From assembly GCA_028713635.1 (NCBI GenBank), contig JAQTNX010000001.1, positions 2,281-66,280 of the forward strand: DNA of 64,000 nucleotides, in the 5' to 3' direction. Shown here in pieces: positions 27,869 through 38,051 of the stretch. The translations under genes were made by a program, and so were the position numbers. Positions within the stretch are counted from its first letter, which is position 1. Each line of letters begins with the position of its first letter. The DNA is from Candidatus Bipolaricaulis sp. GTDB lineage: Bacteria; Bipolaricaulota; Bipolaricaulia; UBA7950; UBA9294. Under the pieces are notes generated by a model. It made no database searches. It was not told where the DNA came from and saw nothing but the letters and a program-made list of their open reading frames with translations.

Positions 27869-27891
27869 TTCTAGCAAGGAGGTGTAGGAGA

Positions 27892-28749
27892 ATGAAGAGG
27901 AGTCTCCTCGTTTTAGGTCTCTTGGCGGTTCTTGCCGGGGCTTGTGCTGTCTCGGCGGTCGCCGCGACGTTCACCGTGGCGTCGGACACGACGTGGCCGC
28001 CGTTCGAGTGGGCGGGGGCTGACGGTCAGCTGTACGGGTTCGACCTTGACGTGATGCGCCTCATCGCGATTCTTGAGGGGTACGACGTCAACATCGTGAG
28101 CTACAGCTGGGACATCATTTTCGACGACGTCGGCATCGGCCGGGTCGACATCGGCGCGTCGGGCGCGACCATCACGGCGGAGCGTGAGATGAAGGTGGAT
28201 TTCTCAGCCCCCTACTGGACGTCGAACCAGGCCATCATTGTAAAGGCTGACTCCGGACTCAACATCGCGACGGCTCTCCTGAGCGGCAAGAAGATCGGCG
28301 CGCAGGTTGGAACGACCGGCGCGAAGTGGGTCCAGGAGCAGCTCATCGACAAGGGAATCAAGGTCGAGCTGAAGGAATACACGCTCTACCCGCTCGCGGT
28401 TCTTGACCTCCTGAACGGCAACGTTGACGCGGTCGTCCAGGACGAGCCTGCATCGCGCGCCAGCGTCGCCGCCGATGCAAGGCTGGCGATCACGGGCGTG
28501 ATCGAGACAGGCGAGCAGTTCGGATTCTTCGTCGCCAACGGCGACCCGAAGGGTCTGCTTCCCAAGATCAACGACGGACTTCAGAAGCTGAAGGCGTCGA
28601 CCGCGTGGGACAACCTCATCACCGCCTACATGGGCGGCGCGGACCCGGCGAAGGTCGAGGCGGCGTGGAAGGCCGCGTCGAGCTTCCTTGCGGCGAAGGA
28701 CGCTGTCGGTTTCGCCAAGGCTCTGGCCGCAGGAGTGACAGCTCCCTAG
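27892..28749 (+). CDS. Polar amino-acid ABC transporter substrate-binding protein (family 3 SBP)
   Basis: Signal peptide; SBP_bac_3 architecture. Confidence 0.85.
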   Translation: MKRSLLVLGLLAVLAGACAVSAVAATFTVASDTTWPPFEWAGADGQLYGFDLDVMRLIAILEGYDVNIVSYSWDIIFDDVGIGRVDIGASGATITAEREMKVDFSAPYWTSNQAIIVKADSGLNIATALLSGKKIGAQVGTTGAKWVQEQLIDKGIKVELKEYTLYPLAVLDLLNGNVDAVVQDEPASRASVAADARLAITGVIETGEQFGFFVANGDPKGLLPKINDGLQKLKASTAWDNLITAYMGGADPAKVEAAWKAASSFLAAKDAVGFAKALAAGVTAP

Positions 28750-28770
28750 TCCGTGGCGGGCTTTGTCGAC

Positions 28771-28810
28771 GTGAGAAGAACGCGGGGCGGCCGCCCCGCG
28801 CTCTTCTCAC
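28771..28810 (+). terminator. Intercistronic stem-loop (about 18-bp stem) after the SBP gene; attenuator/mRNA-stabiliser type, no U-tract
   Basis: gtgagaagaacgcggggc-ggcc-gccccgcgctcttctcac. Confidence 0.45.
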
Positions 28811-28813
28811 GCC

Positions 28814-29557
28814 ATGGATTGCGTCCGGTGCAAGGGGGTAGCCATTAGCGCAGCAAAGCTGCTGTGGCAGAGCGTTGGTCCGTTGTTCACGCGCGGGCTT
28901 CCCGTAACGCTGGAGATCACCGTCCTCCTCTTGCTCCTGGGACTCGCCCTCGGCACGGCTCTTGCCCTCGTCCAGGTGTACGGACGCCGGCCGCTCCGTT
29001 ACGTCTGCGTCGCCTACGAGCAGGTGTTCCGCGGTATCCCGCCGCTCGTCACGATCCTCATCTTCTGGAACGGTCTCTCACAGTCCTTCCACATCTTCCT
29101 GCCTGGGGTCGTCGCGGCCGCCCTCGCCTTGGGACTGCGATCGGCCGCCTACCAGTCGCAGATCTTCCGCGGAGCTATCCAGGCGGTGCCCCCAGGGCAG
29201 ATGATGGCGGCTCGTGCTCTCGGGATGGGGAAGCTCCAGGCCATTCGGCATGTCATCCTCCCGCAGGCGTTCCGGCTTGCGATCCCGCCGTGGTCGAACG
29301 AGTACTCGGGAGTTGTCAAGGACACGGCGTTTGCCTGCGTGATCGGCGGGCTGATCGAGCTGACGCGCCTCGGCATGACGAGCCTGACCCGTCTCTCCAT
29401 GACTCACGGCATCGGGTCGCAGCTCATCCTGCCAGTCTTGATCATTGTTGGTCTCTTCTACCTCGCGCTAACGTACGGCGGCAACGCGCTTCTGGCCCTC
29501 TTGGAGAGACGGCTTCGCATTCCGGGGTTCGAGATGAAAGGCAAGGTGGAACGCTGA
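28814..29557 (+). CDS. Amino-acid ABC transporter permease (His/Glu/Gln/Arg/opine family)
   Basis: EAA-like loop ([20 protein letters not shown]). Confidence 0.8.
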   Translation: MDCVRCKGVAISAAKLLWQSVGPLFTRGLPVTLEITVLLLLLGLALGTALALVQVYGRRPLRYVCVAYEQVFRGIPPLVTILIFWNGLSQSFHIFLPGVVAAALALGLRSAAYQSQIFRGAIQAVPPGQMMAARALGMGKLQAIRHVILPQAFRLAIPPWSNEYSGVVKDTAFACVIGGLIELTRLGMTSLTRLSMTHGIGSQLILPVLIIVGLFYLALTYGGNALLALLERRLRIPGFEMKGKVER

Positions 29558-30342
29558 TGGCGACAGGGACGGGCACGAGCCAAAGCGATGTCATCCTTCG
29601 GGTCGAGGATCTCCACAAGAAGTACGGAAAGGACGAGGTCTTGAAGGGCGTCTCCTTGGAGCTTCGACGTGGCGAGACGAAGGTCGTCATCGGGCCCTCC
29701 GGAACCGGGAAAAGCACGCTCCTTCGCTGCATCAACCAGCTCTCCGTTCCGGACAAGGGGCGCGTGTGGCTCGAAGACGTCGAAATCACGCACGCCCGCA
29801 CGAACATCAACCACGCGCGAGCTCAAATTGGGTTTGTGTTCCAGGACTTCAACCTGTTTGCCCATCTCCCCGCGCTCGACAACGTCGCTCTTGGACTCGT
29901 CAAGGTCAAGAAGATGCCGAAGAAGGAGGCCGTTGTCCGCGCCCGCGAGGAGCTCGCGCGGGTCGGCCTGGCGGAGAAGGCCGATTCCTACCCGGCGGAG
30001 CTGTCCGGCGGTCAGAAGCAGCGCGTGTCCATCGCGCGCGCCCTGGCGATGGACCCGAAGCTCATTCTCTTCGATGAACCGACGTCGGCGCTTGACCCCG
30101 AGCTGATCGGCGAGGTATTGGAGGTCATGATCCAGCTCGCGCGGGGCGGGATGACGATGATCGTGGTCTCCCACGAGATGGGCTTTGCGCGGGCCGTGGC
30201 GGATCGGATCATCTTCATGGAGGGCGGCGTCATCCTCGAGGAGGGAACGCCCGCCGAGCTGTTCACCTGTCCCCGCTGCGAGCGAACGGGCCAGTTTCTG
30301 CGGAAGATCACCGAGCTGTACGGAGAGACGAGCGGGCGATGA
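29557..30342 (+). CDS. Amino-acid ABC transporter ATP-binding protein (GlnQ-like)
   Basis: Walker [29 protein letters not shown]. Overlaps the permease stop. Confidence 0.9.
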   Translation: MATGTGTSQSDVILRVEDLHKKYGKDEVLKGVSLELRRGETKVVIGPSGTGKSTLLRCINQLSVPDKGRVWLEDVEITHARTNINHARAQIGFVFQDFNLFAHLPALDNVALGLVKVKKMPKKEAVVRAREELARVGLAEKADSYPAELSGGQKQRVSIARALAMDPKLILFDEPTSALDPELIGEVLEVMIQLARGGMTMIVVSHEMGFARAVADRIIFMEGGVILEEGTPAELFTCPRCERTGQFLRKITELYGETSGR

Positions 30343-31031
30343 GCTACTTCGAGTTCGTGGGGATGATCATGCCTCGGCTCCTGAGGGCGACGGTCGTGAC
30401 GCTGGAGTTGACCGCAATCGGCATCGGATCGGGTTTCGTCCTCGGGCTGCTGCTCGCGCTCACTCGGGTCTACGCCCACCGCGTCGTGAGCGGCATTGCC
30501 AACGTCTACATCCAGTTCTTCCGCGCGACCCCGCTCGTGATCCAGGCCCTCATCATCTACTTCGGCCTTCCGCCGTACCTCGCCGCCATGGGGCTCAAAC
30601 CGTTGAGCCCGTTTGCCGCCGGATGCGTCGCGCTCGGACTGAACAGCGCCGCCTACCAAGCCGAGTACCTGCGTGGGGCGATCCAAGCCATCTCGAGCGG
30701 GCAGATGCTCGCCGCGCGGTCGATGGGGATGACGAAGGCGCAGGCCGTCCGGTCCGTGATTCTGCCGCAGGCGCTGCGCATCGTCCTGCCGTCGTGGTCG
30801 AATGAACTCATCTACACGCTGCTCTATTCGTCGGTCGTCTACTTCGTGACGCTCGACGACTTGACGTTCGTCAGCATGAAGATCGCGGCGAAGTACGGGA
30901 GGGCGTTCGACTCCTACTCCGCGGCGGCGCTCATCTACCTCGCGATCGTCGTCCTCCTGTCGAGGGTGCTCGCGTACGTCGAGGCCAGGGTCCGGATTCC
31001 CGGGCTCTCTGTCGACGATCGCGCCCGGTAG
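30339..31031 (+). CDS. Amino-acid ABC transporter permease, second subunit
   Basis: EAA loop [20 protein letters not shown]. Confidence 0.85.
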   Translation: MSYFEFVGMIMPRLLRATVVTLELTAIGIGSGFVLGLLLALTRVYAHRVVSGIANVYIQFFRATPLVIQALIIYFGLPPYLAAMGLKPLSPFAAGCVALGLNSAAYQAEYLRGAIQAISSGQMLAARSMGMTKAQAVRSVILPQALRIVLPSWSNELIYTLLYSSVVYFVTLDDLTFVSMKIAAKYGRAFDSYSAAALIYLAIVVLLSRVLAYVEARVRIPGLSVDDRAR

Positions 31032-31244
31032 CGACCCCGCGAGGCACGGGCGTCCGGGCCGACATCTCGAATCGTCCTTCCTGTCTGCCCGTCCGGCTGG
31101 CATGCCTGTCTGTCCGACCCGTCACTGGACGGGTGGGGTTTGTCTCTTCCCGCTCCCGACCGTATGGTGGAAGGACGATGCGGAACGAACCGCAGAGCAT
31201 CGCAGCTTGGGCGGGAGGGGATTCAGGGACGAGAAGGAGGAGGG

Positions 31245-31808
31245 ATGGCCGAGCCGTTCGAAGTGACCGAAAGGGACACAACTCCCGACGTCATCGACTG
31301 CGTCCTCCGGCGCCTAGAGAAGGGCGACGTGCGGCATGTCGTCGTGGCCACCAGTTCCGGGGTGACCGGCTTCCGTTTCTCCGAAGCCCTCGCGGGAGAG
31401 GACGCGGAACTGATCTGCGTCAGCCACCACTCCGGATTCCGCAGCGCCGATCTCCTGGACCTTGACCCCGAGTACGCGTCCGAGCTTCGCGAGGCCAAGG
31501 TGCCCGTCCTCATCGCCACGCACAGCCTTTCCGGCGTCGGCCGCGCGATCTCGACGAAGTTCGGCGGTGTGACGCCGGTCGAGATGATCGCGCACACCTT
31601 GCGCCTGTTCGGGCAAGGGATGAAGGTGTGCGTCGAGATCGCGGTGATGGCCGCAGACGCGGGGCTCATCCCAACCGATCGGGATGTCATCTGCGTCGGC
31701 GGGACGGGCACGGGAGCCGACACGGCCGTCGTCCTTCGCCCGGCCCACGCGAACACGTTCTTCGATCTGCGTGTTCGCGAGATCCTCTGCAAACCCGTCG
31801 CCTGCTAG
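31245..31808 (+). CDS. Stand-alone pyruvate-kinase C-terminal (alpha/beta) domain-like protein
   Basis: aaggaggaggg RBS before ATG 31245. Pattern VVVATSSG...VPVLIATHS...VCVGGTG resembles the PK C-terminal domain; assignment tentative. Confidence 0.45.
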   Translation: MAEPFEVTERDTTPDVIDCVLRRLEKGDVRHVVVATSSGVTGFRFSEALAGEDAELICVSHHSGFRSADLLDLDPEYASELREAKVPVLIATHSLSGVGRAISTKFGGVTPVEMIAHTLRLFGQGMKVCVEIAVMAADAGLIPTDRDVICVGGTGTGADTAVVLRPAHANTFFDLRVREILCKPVAC

Positions 31809-32581
31809 CACTGCGACGAGCCGAGGGCGGACTCGACGACGGCCTGCAACCGCGCGCTGTGGGTACCCCACCAGTAGAGGCGCTGGCAGCGGAGGCATTC
31901 CCAGTACCCGTCGATCCAGAGGGCCGCGCGAGGGGGAATACGGTCCCGAACGGCGCTCTTCTCGACGCTTCGCAGGAGGTCGTTGCAGGCGCAGCAACGC
32001 GTGAACGGCCGCGCGTGCTCGACAAGCCCAAACCGACGGACGACCTCTCGAGCCTGTGTCTCGGGGTCCGTGCTGCGCACCCAATAGCCGTGGGCCAGCG
32101 CGCGATGCTTCAAGAGCTGACGGTCGCGCGTGAGAACGACGCGGACCTCGTCGCGGGCGATGCCCACGATGTCGGCGTCTGTCAGCTCGGCGCCGTGTCG
32201 AGTGTCGAACCCGAGCAGGCGAAGGGTTCGAGCGAGTCGCCGCAGGTGGACGTCGGCCACAAACGTCGGCGCCGCCAGCAAGGGCGCCAGGAGGTGGAGG
32301 ACCGAGCCGCTCTCCGGAGGAACGTCGAACGGGTACACGCACACCTGATCCCCGTCGCGAAGCGGGTGCTCGAACCCCACCGAGGCGCCGTTCACGAGGA
32401 TCGCGTCGACCTCCACATGAGGCACGCCGAGCGCCTCGACGGCGTCCTTGACGGAGGGCGCTCCGCGAAAGACGTGCGAGATTGGGCGACCTCGCTCCGG
32501 GGGAGCGAGGAAGTCGGATAGACCTCCTAGGAACGAGAACGACGCCTCCGATTGCGGAGCCCACGGGTCGATGCGTGGCAT
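31805..32581 (-). CDS. Mut7-C RNase domain protein with N-terminal ubiquitin-like (MoaD/ThiS-type) domain and C-terminal Zn ribbon
   Basis: RRLARTLRLLGFDT (Mut7-C core); CCAC...CLRC ribbon. Confidence 0.6.
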   Translation of the reverse strand: MPRIDPWAPQSEASFSFLGGLSDFLAPPERGRPISHVFRGAPSVKDAVEALGVPHVEVDAILVNGASVGFEHPLRDGDQVCVYPFDVPPESGSVLHLLAPLLAAPTFVADVHLRRLARTLRLLGFDTRHGAELTDADIVGIARDEVRVVLTRDRQLLKHRALAHGYWVRSTDPETQAREVVRRFGLVEHARPFTRCCACNDLLRSVEKSAVRDRIPPRAALWIDGYWECLRCQRLYWWGTHSARLQAVVESALGSSQC

Positions 32582-32745
32582 GGACGTAGGCTACGACTTT
32601 CGACCTTCGCGTTCCACCGGCCGCAGATGGCGGGCTGCCACGGCGAGCAGTGCAGCTTCTTCGCCGGCGATGCCCTCAGCAAGCCGCGCGACGGCCGTGA
32701 CCCCGAGCCACGCCTCAACCTGACGGCGCGTGGCGCCGGACTTCC

Positions 32746-33089
32746 TCATGGACTCGCCGCGTGCATCTCCGCGTGGAGCCGAGCAAACGTGCGGCCGTAC
32801 GTTCTCACGCGGAGCGGATGCCCAACCAGCTCGTGGAGCATGGATGGCCCTGCACTCTCTCGAACACGACGCCGAATCGTCCTCCCTCCTCGAAAACTCC
32901 GTCGGGCGTGTCCGCGAGGAGCACGGCCGGGGCCGCGACCCCTGCTTGGCGGATGCGCGCTGTCACCTGAGCCTCGACGGCCGCATCTCCGCGCCGGAAC
33001 CCTGCACGGTCGAGCTTGATCACGTGATCCTCGTCCCAGGCGAAGGCCTCCGCCGTCCGTCCGACTCCGATCCTCTCTCGATGGGTCAT
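32746..33089 (-). pseudogene. Truncated/frameshifted remnant of an APH-like phosphotransferase N-lobe
   Basis: GVGRTAEAFAWDEDHVIKLDR...EAQVTARIRQAGVAAPAVL...VVFERVQGHP resembles a kinase N-lobe. Only about 110 codons before the next gene. Confidence 0.3.
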
Positions 33090-33104
33090 CGGGTTCGCCT
33101 TCGT

Positions 33105-34025
33105 CTACGGGGGGCACTTGCCGCAGATCGATCGGAACAGGCTCGTGCTCAAGTACCGGTCTCCGCGGTCTGGAAGCAGAACAACCACAGTGCCCGAACG
33201 GAGTCCGGCAGCGACCTTGAGCGCTCCCACGACGGCGGCGCCGCTCGACATCCCCACGAACAGCCCTTCGGCGGTCGCCAGCCTTCGCGTCATCTCGAAC
33301 GATTCCTCATCGCCGACGGAGAGCTTCGCGTCGAGCCGACGCGCGTCGTAGATGCCGGGAACGATGGACTCGTCGAGATTCTTCAGTCCCTGGATCGTGT
33401 GCCCACGAACCGGCTCGACGCCGACGACCGTCGCGCTCGGTCGTGTTTCCTTGAGGAACATCGAGACCCCCATGAGCGTTCCCCCGGTCCCGATCCCTGC
33501 GACGAAGGCTTCGATCTCTCCGTCTGTCTGCTTCAGGATCTCCGGACCCGTCGAGTCATAGTGCGACCGAGCGTTCCAAGGGTTCTCGAACTGGTTCGGC
33601 ATGTAGTAGCGCTCCGGGTCCGTCTTCACGAGGCGGAGCGCCTCGTGAATCGCGCCGTCGGTCTTCTCCTTCGCCGACGTCAGCACAAGATCCGCGCCGT
33701 ACGCCTCGAGGATGTGCCGGCGCTCGGTACTGACGCACTCCGGCAGGCAGAGCCGAACCTTGTACCCTTTGGCGGCTCCGATCATCGCCAGGGCGATCCC
33801 CGTGTTTCCTGACGTCGGCTCGAGGATTGTCTTGCCGGGGGCGAGCTCTCCGGCCTTCTCGGCGTGCTCGATCATCCATTTGGCGGGACGATCCTTGACC
33901 GATCCGCCGGGGTTGGCGCCCTCCAGCTTCGCCAGGATGCGAACCTTCGAACCGCGGGGAGGAATGTTGGACAGCTCCACGAGCGGCGTATTGCCGATCG
34001 ACTCGAGCAGGCTCACGGCCTTCAT
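33105..34025 (-). CDS. cysK: Cysteine synthase (O-acetylserine sulfhydrylase)
   Basis: PLP-Lys motif GGSVKDR; TSGNTGIALA; GIGTGGT. Confidence 0.85.
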   Translation of the reverse strand: MKAVSLLESIGNTPLVELSNIPPRGSKVRILAKLEGANPGGSVKDRPAKWMIEHAEKAGELAPGKTILEPTSGNTGIALAMIGAAKGYKVRLCLPECVSTERRHILEAYGADLVLTSAKEKTDGAIHEALRLVKTDPERYYMPNQFENPWNARSHYDSTGPEILKQTDGEIEAFVAGIGTGGTLMGVSMFLKETRPSATVVGVEPVRGHTIQGLKNLDESIVPGIYDARRLDAKLSVGDEESFEMTRRLATAEGLFVGMSSGAAVVGALKVAAGLRSGTVVVLLPDRGDRYLSTSLFRSICGKCPP

Positions 34026-34217
34026 CTCATCGACTCTCCTTCCGGGCTTTCCGACGCCCCGCCGAAGCACGAAAGCCCATTCTAGCGGGACTCGTCTGCG
34101 TCGTGCAGGCTACTGTCGCGTCCCGTGAGTGGCTGCGCGGAAGAGCCTGAAGCGATTCCGCCATGGGGCTGAGTCTGTCGACATCATCGTCCGCTCAGCG
34201 ACTTTGCGGACGCGACA

Positions 34218-34859
34218 CTAGACAATCGCGAGAAGGTCCGAGAACGAACGGATGACGTGGTCGGCGGCGTCCAGTTCTCCATTGCGGGCGTACCCGTACG
34301 CGGCGCCGACGACGGTGCACCCGGTCGCTCGCCCTGCCTCGACGTCGTGGTACCGGTCACCGACGACGAAGGCCCGATGCTCCGGGTAGAGACCTCGCAG
34401 CTCGGAGATGCGCTCCGCCTTCGTGGACGGAGCGCCGTCCAGCGTCTGGAGCCGCTGGAACATGCCGAGGATCCCGCATCGGCCGAGGACGGCCTCGGCG
34501 TAGCGCCGATCGCCGTTCGTGCAGAGCGTGAGGATGTGCTCCCGCTCCGAGAGGATCCGAAGCGTCTCGGCGACCCCGTCGAACAGCGCACCACGCTCGC
34601 GGATCGAGACGAGCTCAAGCTCGGAGATCCGCGCCGACAGCCGAACCTTGTCGGAGAGGAACCCTTGCGGCGCGAGCCAATCGAGGAACGTTTCGAACGT
34701 TTCGCCCACCATGGCGAGGATCGCCCCGTCTCCGGGATAGGGGACCTCGGACTCTTCGTAGACTCGGCGCATCGTCGGAACGAACGACGAGTCGGTCCGG
34801 TAGAGGGTTCCGTCGAGATCGAAGATCAGTAGGGCTCTGCGTGGGTCCGCGTCCGGCAT
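34218..34859 (-). CDS. HAD-superfamily hydrolase (phosphoglycolate-phosphatase-like)
   Basis: Motif I FDLDGTL, motif III VGDRYHD. Confidence 0.75.
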   Translation of the reverse strand: MPDADPRRALLIFDLDGTLYRTDSSFVPTMRRVYEESEVPYPGDGAILAMVGETFETFLDWLAPQGFLSDKVRLSARISELELVSIRERGALFDGVAETLRILSEREHILTLCTNGDRRYAEAVLGRCGILGMFQRLQTLDGAPSTKAERISELRGLYPEHRAFVVGDRYHDVEAGRATGCTVVGAAYGYARNGELDAADHVIRSFSDLLAIV

Positions 34860-34916
34860 GGTGAGGAACGATACCCCGCCTGCACCGCGCCCTCAATGCG
34901 TCCCGCGGGCCCGCCA

Positions 34917-35642
34917 CTACCGAACGGGGTTCCTGAGCACGCCGATGCCGTCGATCTCGACCTCGACGACGTCACCGGCGTGCAGCGGTCCGACACCCTC
35001 CGGCGTTCCGGTGGCGATGACATCGCCCGGCTCGAGGGTCATGAAGGCGGTGATTGCCTCGATCAGCTCCGGGATCGGGAAGATGAAGTCGGTCGTGGAG
35101 CCATCCTGGCGAGTCTCGCCGTTGACGCGGAGCTGCACGTGGAAGGGCCCGCCGGCTTCGTCCGGCGTGACGATGACCGGGCCGAGGGGCGCCGAGGTGT
35201 CGAATCCCTTGGCGCGAACCCAGTTCTTCTCCCACTGCTGCGCCGTGCGGTCGGAGACGTCGTTCAGACATGTGTAGCCGAGGATCACGCGGTGGGCGTC
35301 GCGCGCCGAGATGTTCCGGCAGCGTGTCCCGATGACGACGGCCAGCTCGGCCTCGTAGTGCACGTCGGGCCCAGTCGGAAGCACGATCTCCTCGCCGGGG
35401 CCGATGACCGCCGAGGGGGGCTTGAAGAAGAGCAGAGGCTTGTCGGGGACCTCATTTCCCAGTTCCTTTGCATGGGCAGCGTAGTTTCGCCCCACGCAGA
35501 CGAGCTTCGTCGGCGCGCACGGCGCGACGAGGGTGACGTCCGCGAGCGCGTACGTGCGTCCTTCCGCAACCACCACTTCGCCCACCAGCGTCCCCGCACG
35601 AATGGGTCTGCCCGGTCCGAGTTGGAATCGAACGAGTCTCAT
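34917..35642 (-). CDS. Fumarylacetoacetate hydrolase (FAH) family protein
   Basis: FAH-fold metal-binding acidic residues (YEAELAVVIG...GDVIATGTPEGVG). Confidence 0.85.
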   Translation of the reverse strand: MRLVRFQLGPGRPIRAGTLVGEVVVAEGRTYALADVTLVAPCAPTKLVCVGRNYAAHAKELGNEVPDKPLLFFKPPSAVIGPGEEIVLPTGPDVHYEAELAVVIGTRCRNISARDAHRVILGYTCLNDVSDRTAQQWEKNWVRAKGFDTSAPLGPVIVTPDEAGGPFHVQLRVNGETRQDGSTTDFIFPIPELIEAITAFMTLEPGDVIATGTPEGVGPLHAGDVVEVEIDGIGVLRNPVR

Positions 35643-35744
35643 GGCCCTCCTTCGTCGGACACCGTATCCGCCGAACCCTTCGGCGTCAATCCCGTCGGCA
35701 CCTCGCTTGACGGCCCGCGGCGCCGCGGGTACGCTCGCGGCATC

Positions 35745-36221
35745 ATGCGCAGGGCACTCTGGACCGTCCTTCCCATCACACTCGTTCTACTCGACCGCGT
35801 GACCAAACTCTGGGCGGCGAAGACCCTCGATGTCGGGATTCCCAACCCACTCCTCGGGAACATCGTGCGGCTGACCCTTGTCCACAACACGGGCGGAGCG
35901 TTCGGCATCTTCCCGCAGGGGCAGGCCCTCTTCCTCGCCGTTTCGGCGGTCGTCGCCGTTTCGCTCTTCCTGGTGCTGGTCTTCGCTCGCGACCTGCATC
36001 GGCTTCTGCGCTTCGGACTGACGCTCGTCTTGGCCGGGGCGATCGGCAACTTGATCGATCGGGCTGCCTATGGCTACGTCCTCGACTACTTCGAGATCCG
36101 GGGATTCTTCGTGTTCAACATCGCCGACGCCTGCATCTCCGTCGGCGCCGCCCTTCTCGTGGTGTATGCTCTCTGGGGAGGTGGGCGGCATCGAATTCGC
36201 GGGCAAGCTGATCGTCTTTGA
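35745..36221 (+). CDS. lspA: Lipoprotein signal peptidase II
   Basis: Motifs NTGGAFG and FNIAD; four TM segments. Confidence 0.8.
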   Translation: MRRALWTVLPITLVLLDRVTKLWAAKTLDVGIPNPLLGNIVRLTLVHNTGGAFGIFPQGQALFLAVSAVVAVSLFLVLVFARDLHRLLRFGLTLVLAGAIGNLIDRAAYGYVLDYFEIRGFFVFNIADACISVGAALLVVYALWGGGRHRIRGQADRL

Positions 36222-36801
36222 GGGTCTCGATTTCACGGGCAAGACGACCCAGGCTCGGCTGCTCGCGCACCGGTTGCAGGAAGCAGGGTGCGAGGTCGTC
36301 CTCACGGGCGAGCCCGGAGGGACCTCGGTAGGGAACGCCGTGCGCGAGATCCTCCTCTCGCGCCGCAACTCCGGAACGCTCGATGACTTCGCCGAACTCC
36401 TTCTCTTCCTCGTGAGCCGAGCGCAGCACGCTCGCGAGGTCGTTCTCCCGGCGCTCGAGCAAGGGAAGACAGTCGTCTCGAGCCGGTATCGACTGTCCAG
36501 CCTCGCGTACCAGGGGTACGGGCGAGGCATCGACGTCGACTTGATCGAGCGCCTCAACGAGGAAGCGACGCGAGGGCGCAAGGCGGACATCACGTTCCTC
36601 ATCGACGTCCCCGTCGACATGGCGCTGGCGCGCAAGCGGGGAGACCACGATCGGATCGAGGCCGAGTCTGCGAGGTTCTACCATCGCGTGCGCGACGGAT
36701 TCCTTGAACTTACGGCCGGCGACCCGAGCGTCCATCGGATCGACGGAACGGGCGACGTCGGCGCGACCGCGGCCGCTGTCGCGCGCTGCCTGGGGCTCTA
36801 G
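36166..36801 (+). CDS. tmk: Thymidylate kinase
   Basis: P-loop FEGLDFTGKTT, DRY-like SRY, lid region. Start ambiguous (ATG 36166 or GTG 36181); overlaps the lspA end. Confidence 0.8.
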   Translation: MLSGEVGGIEFAGKLIVFEGLDFTGKTTQARLLAHRLQEAGCEVVLTGEPGGTSVGNAVREILLSRRNSGTLDDFAELLLFLVSRAQHAREVVLPALEQGKTVVSSRYRLSSLAYQGYGRGIDVDLIERLNEEATRGRKADITFLIDVPVDMALARKRGDHDRIEAESARFYHRVRDGFLELTAGDPSVHRIDGTGDVGATAAAVARCLGL

Positions 36802-36868
36802 CTTTTGCCCGGTCTTGGGCCGATGGAGTATCATGGTTTCTGCACAGCAGTCCCAAGGGAGGTCATCG

Positions 36869-38020
36869 ATGGATTTCGTGTGCTCGAAGAACGACTTGGT
36901 GTTCGGAGTGCGGCTCGCGAGCTACGCGCTGGGGACGCGCAGCAGCATGCCCATCCTGGCCGGGCTGAAGCTCGAGGTCGCAGGGAAGCACCTGTACCTC
37001 CAAGCCACGGACTTGGAGCGTGCTGTGCGCTGTGAGATCCCCATCGAGAACAGCGCGAAGGACGAATCCGTCGTGCTCAACGGCGCGATCGTGAACCAGA
37101 TTGCCGCCCACCTCCCGGCGGACGAGAAGATCGCGCTCAAGACTGACGCCAAGGACGGCACGACGGTGAAGCTTCGCTGCGGCGAGGCGACGTTCGACCT
37201 ACCGACTCTACCGGTCGCCGACTACCCCGAAGTGCCGGCGCTTCCCTCGACGAAGATCGCCACCATCCGGGTGGCCGACTTCCATCACGGGCTCGAGCAC
37301 ACGGCGTTCGCCGCCCTCAAGGCGGGGGAGACGACGCGCCTCAGCCTCACCGGGGTCGACATCGTGCTGAAGAGCGACCAGCTGCGGCTCGTGGCGACGA
37401 ACGGCTACCGCCTTGCCGTAAAGACGATCGGCATCGAGGCGATCCAGGAGGAGGGCGAGTACCTCATCGAAGCGAGCGTGCTCACCGATCTGGACCGGGT
37501 TCTCGGCCAGGTCGACTCGCCCACGGTGGACATCCACCGCGGCGACGGGCAGCTCTTCTTCCACGCCGGCGGCGTGACGTTCTCCGCCCGAACGATCGCC
37601 GAGGAGTTCCCCGACTTCGAGCGCGTGATCCCGCGCGACAACCCCGTGCCCCTGACGTTCGATCGGCGGGCGCTGCTCGAGGCGCTGCAGCGCATTCAGA
37701 TCACGGCGGCCGAGGACTCGGGCGCGATCACGATTCACGCATCCCCCGACGAAAGCTCGGTCCAGGTGCGGTCTTCGTCGAAGGACAAGGGCGAGGCGGA
37801 AGAGCGGGTGCGCGTCAAGAAGGCGCCCGCGCAGTTGATCGACATCTCGTTCCGCGCTGAGTACGTCATCGACGTGCTCAAGCGCCTGGCCTCGGACTTC
37901 GTGACGATTTGGCTTGCCGACTCGAAGAAGGCAGGCCTCGTCGAGCCCGCGAGCGAGAAGATCGCCCCCGCCGACGAGGGCTTCCTCTACGTCTGCATGC
38001 CCGTGCTCTTGAGTTCGTAA
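36869..38020 (+). CDS. dnaN: DNA polymerase III beta sliding clamp (DnaN-like)
   Basis: Three-domain clamp. N-terminal LQATDLERAVRCEIP, middle VATNGYRLAV, C-terminal MPVLL. RBS aagggagg. Confidence 0.75.
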   Translation: MDFVCSKNDLVFGVRLASYALGTRSSMPILAGLKLEVAGKHLYLQATDLERAVRCEIPIENSAKDESVVLNGAIVNQIAAHLPADEKIALKTDAKDGTTVKLRCGEATFDLPTLPVADYPEVPALPSTKIATIRVADFHHGLEHTAFAALKAGETTRLSLTGVDIVLKSDQLRLVATNGYRLAVKTIGIEAIQEEGEYLIEASVLTDLDRVLGQVDSPTVDIHRGDGQLFFHAGGVTFSARTIAEEFPDFERVIPRDNPVPLTFDRRALLEALQRIQITAAEDSGAITIHASPDESSVQVRSSSKDKGEAEERVRVKKAPAQLIDISFRAEYVIDVLKRLASDFVTIWLADSKKAGLVEPASEKIAPADEGFLYVCMPVLLSS

Positions 38021-38051
38021 CCGAAGAGCACGGCATCCTCTGCAGGAGATC

